Origin: the human T2T-CHM13v2.0 reference genome, Homo sapiens
NCBI RefSeq assembly: GCF_009914755.1
Contig: NC_060942.1
DNA length: 64,000 nucleotides
Strand: one strand, 5' to 3'
This document shows positions 49,901 through 63,323 of the stretch, one piece after another. The notes below the pieces were generated by a model. It was given only the letters and a program-made list of their open reading frames with translations. It made no database searches and was not told the origin of the DNA. The translations under genes and the position numbers were made by a program. Every line of letters starts with the position of its first letter. Position 1 is the stretch's first letter.

Positions 49901-52900
49901 AACTTCTTTGGGATGTTTGCATTCAAGTCACAGAGTAGAACATTCCCTTTGGTAGAGCAGGTTTGAAACACTCTTTTTGTAGTATCTGGAAGTGGACATT
50001 TGGAGCGCTTTCAGGCCCATGTTGGAAAGGGAAATATCTTCCCGTAACAACTAGGCAGAAGCATTCTCAGAAACTTATTTGAGATGTGTGTACTCAACTA
50101 AGACAATTGAACCACCGTTTTGAAGGAACAGTTTTGAAACACTCTTTTGCTGGAATCTGCAAGAGTATATTTGCCTAGCCTTGAGGATTTCGTTGGAAAC
50201 GGGATTGTCTTCAGATAAAATCTAGACAGAAGCATTCTCAGAAACTTCTTTGGGATGTTTGCATTCAAGTCACAGAGTAGAACATTCCCTTTGGTAGAGC
50301 AGGTTTGAAACACTCTTTTTTTAGTATATGGAAGTGGACATTTGGAGCGCTTTCAGGCCTACGTTGGAAAAGGAAATATCTTCCCATAACAACTAGACAG
50401 AAGCATTCTCAGAAACTAGTTTCTGATGTGTGTCCTCAACTAACACAGTTGAACTTTTCTTTAGACAGAACAGTTTTGAAACACTCTTTTTGTGGAATCT
50501 GCAAGTGGATATTGGGCTAGATTTGAGGATTTCGTTGGAAACGGGATTACATATAAAAAACAGTCAGCAGCATTCTCAGAAAGTTCTTTGTGATGATTGC
50601 ATTCAAGTCACAGAATTGAACATTCCCTTTCACAGAGCAGGTTTGAAACACTCTTTTTGTAGTGTGTGTAAGTGGAGATTTGGAGCGCTTTCCGGCCTAA
50701 GGTGAAAAAGGACATATCTTCCCATAAAAACTAGACAGAAGCATTCTCAGAAACTTACTCGTGATGTGTGTCCTCAACTAAAGGAGTAGAACCTTTCTAT
50801 TCATAGAGAAGTTTTGAAACGCTCTTTTTGTGGAATCTCCAAGTGGATATTTGGCTAGTTTTGAGGATTTCGTTGGAAGCGGGAATTCATACAAATTGCA
50901 GACTGCAGCGTTCTGAGAAACATCTTTGTGATGTTTGTATTCAAGACACAGAGATGAACATTCCCTATCATAGAGCATGTTGGAATCACTCCTTTTGTAG
51001 TATCTGGAAGTGGACATTTGGAGCGCTTTCAGGCCTATGTTGAAAAAGGAAATATCTTCCCATAACAACTAGACACAAGCATTCTCAGAAACTTGTTTGT
51101 GATGTGTGCCCTCTACTGACAGAGTTGAACCTTTCTTTTCATAGAGCAGTTTTGAAACACTCTTTTTGTAGAATCCGCAAGAGGATATTTGCATAACTTT
51201 GAGGATTTCGTGGGAAACGGGATTGTCTTCAGGTAAAATCTAGACAGAAGCATTCTCAGAAACTTCTTTGGGATGTTTGCATTCAAGTCACAGAGTAGAA
51301 CATTCCCTTTGGTAGAGCAGGTTTGAAACACTCTTTTTGTAGTATCTGGAAGTGGACATTTGGAGCGCTTTCAGGCCCATGTTGGAAAGGGAAATATCTT
51401 CCCGTAACAACTAAGCAGAATCATTCTCAGAAACTTATTTGAGATGTGTGTACTCAACGAAGAGAATTGAACCACCGTTTTGAAGGAGCAGTTTTGAAAC
51501 CCTCTTTTTCTGGAATCTGCAAGAGTATATTTGACTAGCCTTGAGGATTTCGTTGGAAACGGGATTGTCTTCAGATAAAATCTAGACAAAAGCATTCTCA
51601 GAAACTTCTTTGAGATGTTTGCATTCAAGTCACAGAGTAGAACATTCCCTTTAGTAGAGCAGGTTTGAAACACTCTTTTTTTAGTATATGGAAGTGGACA
51701 TTTGGAGCGCTTTCAGGCCTACGTTGGAAAAGGAAATATCTTCCCATAACAACTAGACAGAAGCATTCTCAGAAACTAGTTTCTGATGTGTGTCCTCAAC
51801 TAACACAGTTGAACTTTTCTTTAGACAGAACAGTTTTGAAACACTCTTTTTGTGGAATCTGCAAGTGGATATTGGGCTAGATTTGAGGATTTCGTTGGAA
51901 ACGGGATTACATATAAAAAGCAGACAGCAGCATTCTCAGAAAGTTCTTTGTGATGATTGCATTCAAGTCACAGAATTGAACATTCCCTTTCACAGAGCAG
52001 GTTTGAAACACTCTTTTTGTAGTGTGTGTAAGTGGACATTTGGAGCGCTTTCCGGCCTAAGGTGAAAAAGGACATATCTTCCCATAAAAACTAGACAGAA
52101 GCATTCTCAGAAACTTACTCGTGATGTGTGTCCTCAACTAAAGGAGTAGAACCTTTCTATTCATAGAGAAGTTTTGAAACCCTCTTTTTGTGGAATCTCC
52201 AAGTGGATATTTGGCTAGTTTTGAGGATTTCGTTGGAAGCGGGAATTCATACAAATTGCAGACTGCAGCGTTCAGAGAAACATCTTTGTGATGTTTGTAT
52301 TCAAGACACAGAGATGAACATTCCCTATCATAGAGCATGTTGGAATCACTCCTTTTGTAGTATCTGGAAGTGGACATTTGGAGCGCTTTCAGGCCTATGT
52401 TGAAAAAGGAAATATCTTCCCATAACAACTAGACACAAGCATTCTCAGAAACTTGTTTGTGATGTGTGCCCTCTACTGACAGAGTTGAACCTTTCTTTTC
52501 ATAGAGCAGTTTTGAAACACTCTTTTTGTAGAATCCGCAAGAGGATATTTGCATAGCTTTGAGGATTTCGTGGGAAACGGGATTGTCTTCAGGTAAAATC
52601 TAGACAGAAGCATTCTCAGAAACTTCTTTGGGATGTTTGCATTCAAGTCACAGAGTAGAACATTCCCTTTGGTAGAGCAGGTTTGAAACACTCTTTTTGT
52701 AGTATCTGGAAGTGGACATTTGGAGCGCTTTCAGGCCCATGTTGGAAAGGGAAATATCTTCCCGTAACAACTAGGCAGAAGCATTCTCAGAAACTTATTT
52801 GAGATGTGTGTACTCAACGAAGAGAATTGAACCACAGTTTTGAAGGAGCAGTTTTGAAACACTCTTTTTCTGGAATCTGAAAGAGTATATTTGCCTAGCC

Positions 52901-55900
52901 TTGAGGATTTCGTTGGAAACGGGATTGTCTTCAGATAAAATCTAGACAGAAGCATTCTCAGAAACTTCTTTGGGATGTTTGCATTCAAGTCACAGAGTAG
53001 AACATTCCCTTTGGTAGAGCAGGTTTGAAACACTCTTTTTTTAGTATATGGAAGTGGACATTTGGAGCGCTTTCAGGCCTACGTTGGAAAAGGAAATATC
53101 TTCCCATAACAACTAGACAGAAGCATTCTCAGAAACTAGTTTCTGATGTGTGTCCTCAACTAACACAGTTGTACATTTCTTTAGACAGAACAGTTTTGAA
53201 ACACTCTTTTTGTGGAATCTGCAAGTGGATATTGGGCTAGATTTGAGGATTTCGTTGGAAACGGGATTACATATAAAAAGCAGTCAGCAGCATTCTCAGA
53301 AAGTTCTTTGTGATGATTGCATTCAAGTCACAGAATTGAACATTCCCTTTCACAGAGCAGGTTTGAAACACTCTTTTTGTAGTGTGTGTAAGTGGACATT
53401 TGGAGCGCTTTCCGGCCTAAGGTGAAAAAGGACATATCTTCCCATAAAAACTAGACAGAAGCATTCTCAGAAACTTACTCGTGATGTGTGTCCTCAACTA
53501 AAGGAGTAGAACCTTTCTATTCATAGAGAAGTTTTGAAACGCTCTTTTTGTGGAATCTCCAAGTGGATATTTGGCTAGTGTTGAGGATTTCGTAGGAAGC
53601 GGGAACTCATACAAATTGCAGACTGCAGCGTTCTGAGAAACATCTTTGTGATGTTTGTATTCAGGACACAGAGATGAACATTCCCTATCATAGAGCAGGT
53701 TGGAATCACTCCTTTTGTAGTATCTGGAAGTGGACATTTGGAGCGCTTTCAGGCCTATGTTGAAAAAGGAAATATCTTCCCATAACAACTAGACACAAGC
53801 ATTCTCAGAAACTTGTTTGTGATGTGTGCCCTCTACTGACAGAGTTGAACCTTTCTTTTCATAGAGCAGTTTTGAGACACTCTTTTTGTAGAATCCGCAA
53901 GAGGATATTTGCATAGCTTTGAGGATTTCGTGGGAAACGGGATTGTCTTCAGGTAAAATCTAGACAGAAGCATTCTCAGAAACTTCTTTGGGATGTTTGC
54001 ATTCAAGTCACAGAGTAGAACATTCCCTTTGGTAGAGCAGGTTTGAAACACTCTTTTTGTAGTATCTGGAAGTGGACATTTGGAGCGCTTTCAGGCCCAT
54101 GTTGGAAAGGGAAATATCTTCCCGTAACAACTAGGCAGAAGCATTCTCAGAAAATTATTTGAGATGTGTGTACTCAACTAAGAGAATTGAACCACCGTTT
54201 TGAAGGAGCAGTTTTGAAACCCTCTTTTTCTGGAATCTGCAAGAGTATATTTGCCTAGCCTTGAGGATTTCGTTGGAAACGGGATTGTCTTCAGATAAAA
54301 TCTAGACAGAAGCATTCTCAGAAACTTCTTTGGGATGTTTGCATTCAAGTCACAGAGTAGAACATTCCCTTTGGTAGAGCAGGTTTGAAACACTCTTTTT
54401 TTAGTATATGGAAGTGGACATTTGGAGCGCTTTCAGGCCTACGTTGGAAAAGGAAATATCTTCCCATAACAACTAGACAGAAGGATTCTCAGAAACTAGT
54501 TTCTGATGTGTGTCCTCAACTAACACAGTTGTACATTTCTTTATACAGAACAGTTTTGAAACACTCTTTTTGTGGAATCTGCAAGTGGATATTGGGCTAG
54601 ATTTGAGGATTTCGTTGGAAACGGGATTACATATAAAAAGCAGACAGCAGCATTCTCAGAAAGTTCTTTGTGATGATTGCATTCAAGTCACAGAATTGAA
54701 CATTCCCTTTCACAGAGCAGGTTTGAAACACTCTTTTTGTAGTGTGTGTAATTGGACATTTGGAGCGCTTTCCGGCCTAAGGTGAAAAAGGAAATATCTT
54801 CCCATAAAAACTAGACAGAAGCATTCTCAGAAACTTACTCGTGATGTGTGTCCTCAACTAAAGGAGTAGAACCTTTCTATTCATAGAGAAGTTTTGAAAC
54901 GCTCTTTTTGTGGAATCTCCAAGTGGATATTTGGCTAGTTTTGAGGATTTCGTTGGAAGCGGGAATTCATACAAATTGCAGACTGCAGCGTTCTGAGAAA
55001 CATCTTTGTGATGTTTGTATTCAAGACACAGAGATGAACATTCCCTATCATAGAGCATGTTGGAATCAGTCCTTTTGTAGTATCTGGAAGTGGACATTTG
55101 GAGCGCTTTCAGGCCTATGTTGAAAAAGGAAATATCTTCCCATAACAACTAGACACAAGCATTCTCAGAAACTTGTTTGTGATGTGTGCCCTCTACTGAC
55201 AGAGTTGAACCTTTCTTTTCATAGAGCAGTTTTGAAACACTCTTTTTGTAGAATCCGCAAGAGGATATTTGCATAACTTTGAGGATTTCGTGGGAAACGG
55301 GATTGTCTTCAGGTAAAATCTAGACAGAAGCATTCTCAGAAACTTCTTTGGGATGTTTGCATTCAAGTCACAGAGTAGAACATTCCCTTTGGTAGAGCAG
55401 GTTTGAAACACTCTTTTTGTAGTATCTGGAAGTGGACATTTGGAGCGCTTTCAGGCCCATGTTGGAAAGGGAAATATCTTCCCGTAACAACTAGGCAGAA
55501 GCATTCTCAGAAACTTATTTGAGATGTGTGTACTCAACTAAGAGAATTGAACCACCGTTTTGAAGGAGCAGTTTTGAAACACTCTTTTTCTGGAATCTGC
55601 AAGAGTATATTTGCCTAGCCTTGAGGATTTCGTTGGAAACGGGATTGTCTTCAGATAAAATCTAGACAGAAGCATTCTCAGAAACTTCTTTGGGATGTTT
55701 GCATTCAAGTCACAGAGTAGAACATTCCCTTCGGTAGAGCAGGTTTGAAACACTCTTTTTTTAGTATATGGAAGTGGACATTTGGAGCGCTTTCAGGCCT
55801 ACGTTGGAAAAGGAAATATCTTCCCATAACAACTAGACAGAAGCATTCTCAGAAACTAGTTTCTGATATGTGTCCTCAACTAACACAGTTGAACTTTTCT

Positions 55901-58900
55901 TTAGACAGAACAGTTTTGAAACACTCTTTTTGTGGAATCTGCAAGTGGTTATTGGGCTACATTTGAGGATTTCGTTGGAAACGGGATTACATATAAAAAA
56001 CAGTCAGCAGCATTCTCAGAAAGTTCTTTGTGATGATTGCATTCAAGTCACAGAATTGAACATTCCCTTTCACAGAGCAGGTTTGAAACACTCTTTTTGT
56101 AGTGTGTGTAAGTGGACATTTGGAGCGCTTTCCGGCCTAAGGTGAAAAAGGACATATCTTCCCATAAAAACTAGACAGAAGCATTCTCAGAAACTTACTC
56201 GTGATGTGTGTCCTCAACTAAAGGAGTAGAACCTTTCTATTCATAGAGAAGTTTTGAAACGCTCTTTTTGTGGAATCTCCAAGTGGATATTTGGCTAGTT
56301 TTGAGGATTTCGTTGGAAGCGGGAATTCATACAATTTGCAGACTGCAGCGTTCTGAGAAACATCTTTGTGATGTTTGTATTCAAGACACAGAGATGAACA
56401 TTCCCTATCATAGAGCATGTTGGAATCACTCCTTTTGTAGTATCTGGAAGTGGACATTTGGAGCGCTTTCAGGCCTATGTTGAAAAAGGAAATATCTTCC
56501 CATAACAACTAGACACAAGCATTCTCAGAAACTTGCTTGTGATGTGTGCCCTCTACTGACAGAGTTGAACCTTTCTTTTCATAGAGCAGTTTTGAGACAC
56601 TCTTTTTGTAGAATCCGCAAGAGGATATTTGCATAGCTTTGAGGATTTCGTGGGAAACGGGATTGTCTTCACGTAAAATCTAGACAGAAGCATTCTCAGA
56701 AACTTCTTTGGGATGTTTGCATTCAAGTCAGAGAGTAGAACATTCCCTTTGGTAGAGCAGGTTTGAAACACTCTTTTTGTAGTATCTGGAAGTGGACATT
56801 TGGAGCGCTTTCAGGCCCATGTTGGAAAGGGAAATATCTTCCCGTAACAACTAGGCAGAAGCATTCTCAGAAAATTATTTGAGATGTGTGTACTCAACTA
56901 AGAGAATTGAACCACCGTTTTGAAGGAGCAGTTTTGAAACCCTCTTTTTCTGGAATCTGCAAGAGTATATTTGCCTAGCCTTGAGGATTTCGTTGGAAAC
57001 GGGATTGTCTTCAGATAAAATCTAGACAGAAGCATTCTCAGAAACTTCTTTGGGATGTTTGCATTCAAGTCACAGAGTAGAACATTCCCTTTGGTAGAGC
57101 AGGTTTGAAACACTCTTTTTTTAGTATATGGAAGTGGACATTTGGAGCGCTTTCAGGCCTACGTTGGAAAAGGAAATATCTTCCCATAACAACTAGACAG
57201 AAGCATTCTCAGAAACTAGTTTCTGATGTGTGTCCTCAACTAACACAGTTGAACTTTTCTTTAGACAGAACAGTTTTGAAACACTCTTTTTGTGGAATCT
57301 GCAAGTGGATATTGGGCTAGATTTGAGGATTTCGTTGGAAACGGGATTACATATAAAAAGCAGACAGCAGCATTCTCAGAAAGTTCTTTGTGATGATTGC
57401 ATTCAAGTCACAGAATTGAACATTCCCTTTCACAGAGCAGGTTTGAAACACTCTTTTTGTAGTGTGTGTAAGTGGACATTTGGAGCGCTTTCCGGCCTAA
57501 GGTGAAAAAGGACATATCTTCCCATAAAAACTAGACAGAAGCATTCTCAGAAACTTACTCGTGATGTGTGTCCTCAACTAAAGGAGTAGAACCTTTCTAT
57601 TCATAGAGAAGTTTTGAAACCCTCTTTTTGTGGAATCTCCAAGTGGATATTTGGCTAGTTTTGAGGATTTCGTTGGAAGCGGGAATTCATACAAATTGCA
57701 GACTGCAGCGTTCAGAGAAACATCTTTGTGATGTTTGTATTCAAGACACAGAGATGAACATTCCCTATCATAGAGCATGTTGGAATCACTCCTTTTGTAG
57801 TATCTGGAAGTGGACATTTGGAGCGCTTTCAGGCCTATGTTGAAAAAGGAAATATCTTCCCATAACAACTAGACACAAGCATTCTCAGAAACTTGTTTGT
57901 GATGTGTGCCCTCTACTGACAGAGTTGAACCTTTCTTTTCATAGAGCAGTTTTGAAACACTCTTTTTGTAGAATCCGCAAGAGGATATTTGCATAGCTTT
58001 GAGGATTTCGTGGGAAACGGGATTGTCTTCAGGTAAAATCTAGACAGAAGCATTCTCAGAAACTTCTTTGGGATGTTTGCATTCAAGTCACAGAGTAGAA
58101 CATTCCCTTTGGTAGAGCAGGTTTGAAACACTCTTTTTGTAGTATCTGGAAGTGGACATTTGGAGCGCTTTCAGGCCCATGTTGGAAAGGGAAATATCTT
58201 CCCGTAACAACTAGGCAGAAGCATTCTCAGAAACTTATTTGAGATGTGTGTACTCAACGAAGAGAATTGAACCACAGTTTTGAAGGAGCAGTTTTGAAAC
58301 ACTCTTTTTCTGGAATCTGAAAGAGTATATTTGCCTAGCCTTGAGGATTTCGTTGGAAACGGGATTGTCTTCAGATAAAATCTAGACAGAAGCATTCTCA
58401 GAAACTTCTTTGGGATGTTTGCATTCAAGTCACAGAGTAGAACATTCCCTTTGGTAGAGCAGGTTTGAAACACTCTTTTTTTAGTATATGGAAGTGGACA
58501 TTTGGAGCGCTTTCAGGCCTACGTTGGAAAAGGAAATATCTTCCCATAACAACTAGACAGAAGCATTCTCAGAAACTAGTTTCTGATGTGTGTCCTCAAC
58601 TAACACAGTTGTACATTTCTTTAGACAGAACAGTTTTGAAACACTCTTTTTGTGGAATCTGCAAGTGGATATTGGGCTAGATTTGAGGATTTCGTTGGAA
58701 ACGGGATTACATATAAAAAGCAGTCAGCAGCATTCTCAGAAAGTTCTTTGTGATGATTGCATTCAAGTCACAGAATTGAACATTCCCTTTCACAGAGCAG
58801 GTTTGAAACACTCTTTTTGTAGTGTGTGTAAGTGGACATTTGGAGCGCTTTCCGGCCTAAGGTGAAAAAGGACATATCTTCCCATAAAAACTAGACAGAA

Positions 58901-61621
58901 GCATTCTCAGAAACTTACTCGTGATGTGTGTCCTCAACTAAAGGAGTAGAACCTTTCTATTCATAGAGAAGTTTTGAAACGCTCTTTTTGTGGAATCTCC
59001 AAGTGGATATTTGGCTAGTGTTGAGGATTTCGTAGGAAGCGGGAACTCATACAAATTGCAGACTGCAGCGTTCTGAGAAACATCTTTGTGATGTTTGTAT
59101 TCAGGACACAGAGATGAACATTCCCTATCATAGAGCAGGTTGGAATCACTCCTTTTGTAGTATCTGGAAGTGGACATTTGGAGCGCTTTCAGGCCTATGT
59201 TGAAAAAGGAAATATCTTCCCATAACAACTAGACACAAGCATTCTCAGAAACTTGTTTGTGATGTGTGCCCTCTACTGACAGAGTTGAACCTTTCTTTTC
59301 ATAGAGCAGTTTTGAGACACTCTTTTTGTAGAATCCGCAAGAGGATATTTGCATAGCTTTGAGGATTTCGTGGGAAACGGGATTGTCTTCAGGTAAAATC
59401 TAGACAGAAGCATTCTCAGAAACTTCTTTGGGATGTTTGCATTCAAGTCACAGAGTAGAACATTCCCTTTGGTAGAGCAGGTTTGAAACACTCTTTTTGT
59501 AGTATCTGGAAGTGGACATTTGGAGCGCTTTCAGGCCCATGTTGGAAAGGGAAATATCTTCCCGTAACAACTAGGCAGAAGCATTCTCAGAAAATTATTT
59601 GAGATGTGTGTACTCAACTAAGAGAATTGAACCACCGTTTTGAAGGAGCAGTTTTGAAACCCTCTTTTTCTGGAATCTGCAAGAGTATATTTGCCTAGCC
59701 TTGAGGATTTCGTTGGAAACGGGATTGTCTTCAGATAAAATCTAGACAGAAGCATTCTCAGAAACTTCTTTGGGATGTTTGCATTCAAGTCACAGAGTAG
59801 AACATTCCCTTTGGTAGAGCAGGTTTGAAACACTCTTTTTTTAGTATATGGAAGTGGACATTTGGAGCGCTTTCAGGCCTACGTTGGAAAAGGAAATATC
59901 TTCCCATAACAACTAGACAGAAGGATTCTCAGAAACTAGTTTCTGATGTGTGTCCTCAACTAACACAGTTGTACATTTCTTTATACAGAACAGTTTTGAA
60001 ACACTCTTTTTGTGGAATCTGCAAGTGGATATTGGGCTAGATTTGAGGATTTCGTTGGAAACGGGATTACATATAAAAAGCAGACAGCAGCATTCTCAGA
60101 AAGTTCTTTGTGATGATTGCATTCAAGTCACAGAATTGAACATTCCCTTTCACAGAGCAGGTTTGAAACACTCTTTTTGTAGTGTGTGTAATTGGACATT
60201 TGGAGCGCTTTCCGGCCTAAGGTGAAAAAGGAAATATCTTCCCATAAAAACTAGACAGAAGCATTCTCAGAAACTTACTCGTGATGTGTGTCCTCAACTA
60301 AAGGAGTAGAACCTTTCTATTCATAGAGAAGTTTTGAAACGCTCTTTTTGTGGAATCTCCAAGTGGATATTTGGCTAGTTTTGAGGATTTCGTTGGAAGC
60401 GGGAATTCATACAAATTGCAGACTGCAGCGTTCTGAGAAACATCTTTGTGATGTTTGTATTCAAGACACAGAGATGAACATTCCCTATCATAGAGCATGT
60501 TGGAATCAGTCCTTTTGTAGTATCTGGAAGTGGACATTTGGAGCGCTTTCAGGCCTATGTTGAAAAAGGAAATATCTTCCCATAACAACTAGACACAAGC
60601 ATTCTCAGAAACTTGTTTGTGATGTGTGCCCTCTACTGACAGAGTTGAACCTTTCTTTTCATAGAGCAGTTTTGAAACACTCTTTTTGTAGAATCCGCAA
60701 GAGGATATTTGCATAACTTTGAGGATTTCGTGGGAAACGGGATTGTCTTCAGGTAAAATCTAGACAGAAGCATTCTCAGAAACTTCTTTGGGATGTTTGC
60801 ATTCAAGTCACAGAGTAGAACATTCCCTTTGGTAGAGCAGGTTTGAAACACTCTTTTTGTAGTATCTGGAAGTGGACATTTGGAGCGCTTTCAGGCCCAT
60901 GTTGGAAAGGGAAATATCTTCCCGTAACAACTAGGCAGAAGCATTCTCAGAAACTTATTTGAGATGTGTGTACTCAACTAAGAGAATTGAACCACCGTTT
61001 TGAAGGAGCAGTTTTGAAACACTCTTTTTCTGGAATCTGCAAGAGTATATTTGCCTAGCCTTGAGGATTTCGTTGGAAACGGGATTGTCTTCAGATAAAA
61101 TCTAGACAGAAGCATTCTCAGAAACTTCTTTGGGATGTTTGCATTCAAGTCACAGAGTAGAACATTCCCTTCGGTAGAGCAGGTTTGAAACACTCTTTTT
61201 TTAGTATATGGAAGTGGACATTTGGAGCGCTTTCAGGCCTACGTTGGAAAAGGAAATATCTTCCCATAACAACTAGACAGAAGCATTCTCAGAAACTAGT
61301 TTCTGATATGTGTCCTCAACTAACACAGTTGAACTTTTCTTTAGACAGAACAGTTTTGAAACACTCTTTTTGTGGAATCTGCAAGTGGTTATTGGGCTAC
61401 ATTTGAGGATTTCGTTGGAAACGGGATTACATATAAAAAACAGTCAGCAGCATTCTCAGAAAGTTCTTTGTGATGATTGCATTCAAGTCACAGAATTGAA
61501 CATTCCCTTTCACAGAGCAGGTTTGAAACAGTCTTTTTGTAGTGTGTGTAAGTGGACATTTGGAGCGCTTTCCGGCCTAAGGTGAAAAAGGACATATCTT
61601 CCCATAAAAACTAGACAGAAG
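43942..61621 (+). repeat. Run of 13 consecutive 8-mer HORs
   Basis: Constant 1360-bp phase from 43942 to 61622. Confidence 0.93.
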
Positions 61622-63323
61622 CATTCTCAGAAACTTACTCGTGATGTGTGTCCTCAACTAAAGGAGTAGAACCTTTCTATTCATAGAGAAGTTTTGAAAC
61701 GCTCTTTTTGTGGAATCTCCAAGTGGATATTTGGCTAGTGTTGAGGATTTCGTTGAAAGCGGGAATTCATCCAAATTGCAGACTGCAGCGTTCTGAGAAA
61801 CATCTTTGTGATGTTTGTATTCAGGACACAGAGAGGAACATTCCCTATCATAGAGCAGGTTGGAATCACTCCTTTTGTAGTATCTGGAAGTGGACATTTG
61901 GAGCGCTTTCAGGCCTATGTTGAAAAAGGAAATATCTTCCCATAACAACTAGACACAAGCATTCTCAGAAACTTGTTTGTGATGTGTGCCCTCTACTGAC
62001 AGAGTTGAACCTTTCTTTTCATAGAGCAGTTTTGAAACACTCTTTTTGTAGAATCCGCAAGAGGATATTTGCATCGCTTTGAGGAATTCGTGGGAAACGG
62101 GATTGTCTTCAGGTAAAATCTAGACAGAAGCATTCTCAGAAACTTCTTTGGGATGTTTGCATTCAAGTCACAGAGTAGAACATTCCCTTTGGTAGAGCAG
62201 GTTTGAAACAATCTTTTTGTAGTATCTGGAAGTGGACATTTGGAGCGCATTCAAGCCCATGTTGGAAAGGGAAATATATTCCCGTAACAACTAGGCAGAA
62301 GCATTCTCAGAAACTTATTTGAGATGTGTGTACTCAACGAAGAGAATTGAACCACCGTTTTGAAGGAGCAGTTTTGAAACCCTCTTTTTCTGGAATCTGA
62401 AAGAGTATATTTGCCTAGCCTTGAGGATTTCGTTGGAAACGGGATTGTCTTCAGATAAAATCTAGACAGAAGCATTCTCAGAAACTTCTTTGGGATGTTT
62501 GCATTCAAGTCACAGAGTAGAACATTCCCTTTGGTAGAGCAGGTTTGAAACACTCTTTTTGTAGTATCTGAAAGTGGACATTTGGAGCGCTTTCAGGCCC
62601 ATGTTGGAAAGGGAAATATCTTCCCGTAACAACTAGGCAGAAGCATTCTCAGAAACTTATTTGAGATGTGTGTACTCAACTAAGAGAATTGAACCACCGT
62701 TTTGAAGGAGCAGCTTTGAAACACTCTTTTTCTGGAATCTGCAAGAGTATATTTGCCTAGCCTTGAGGATTTCGTTGGAAACGGGATTGTCTTCAGATAA
62801 AATCTAGACAGAAGCATTCTCAGAAACTTCTTTGGGATGTTTGCATTCAAGTCACAGAGTAGAACATTCCCTTTGGTAGAGCAGGTTTGAAACACTCTTT
62901 TTTTAGTATATGGAAGTGGACATTTGGAGCGCTTTCAGGCCTACGTTGGAAAAGGAAATATCTTCCCATAACAACTAGACAGAAGCATTCTCAGAAACTA
63001 GTTTCTGATGTGTGTCCTCAACTAACACAGTTGTACATTTCTTTAGACAGAATAGTTTTGAAACACTCTTTTTGTGGAATCTGCAAGTGGATATTGGGCT
63101 AGATTTGAGGATTTCGTTGGAAACGGGATTACATATAAAAAGCAGTCAGCAGCATTCTCAGAAAGTTCTTTGTGATGATTGCATTCAAGTCACAGAATTG
63201 AACATTCCCTTTCACAGAGGAGGTTTGAAGCACTCTTTTTGTAGGGTGTGTAAGTGGACATTTGGAGCGCTTTCCGGCCTAAGGTGAAAAAGGACATATC
63301 TTCCCATAAAAACTAGACAGAAG
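61622..63323 (+). repeat. 10-mer HOR structural variant (1702 bp): m1-m5, hybrid m6/m4, m5-m8
   Basis: m5 (AAACTTATTTGAGATG...CCACCGTTTTGAAGG) occurs twice, at 62302 and 62644. The phase shifts by +342. Confidence 0.95.

Noticed and set aside
42924-63323. 6-mer and 10-mer as reciprocal products of one crossover
   Set aside because: The breakpoints differ: the 10-mer switches before the TTTTTG diagnostic site and the 6-mer after GTATCTGG. Reciprocal products would also normally lie on different chromatids.
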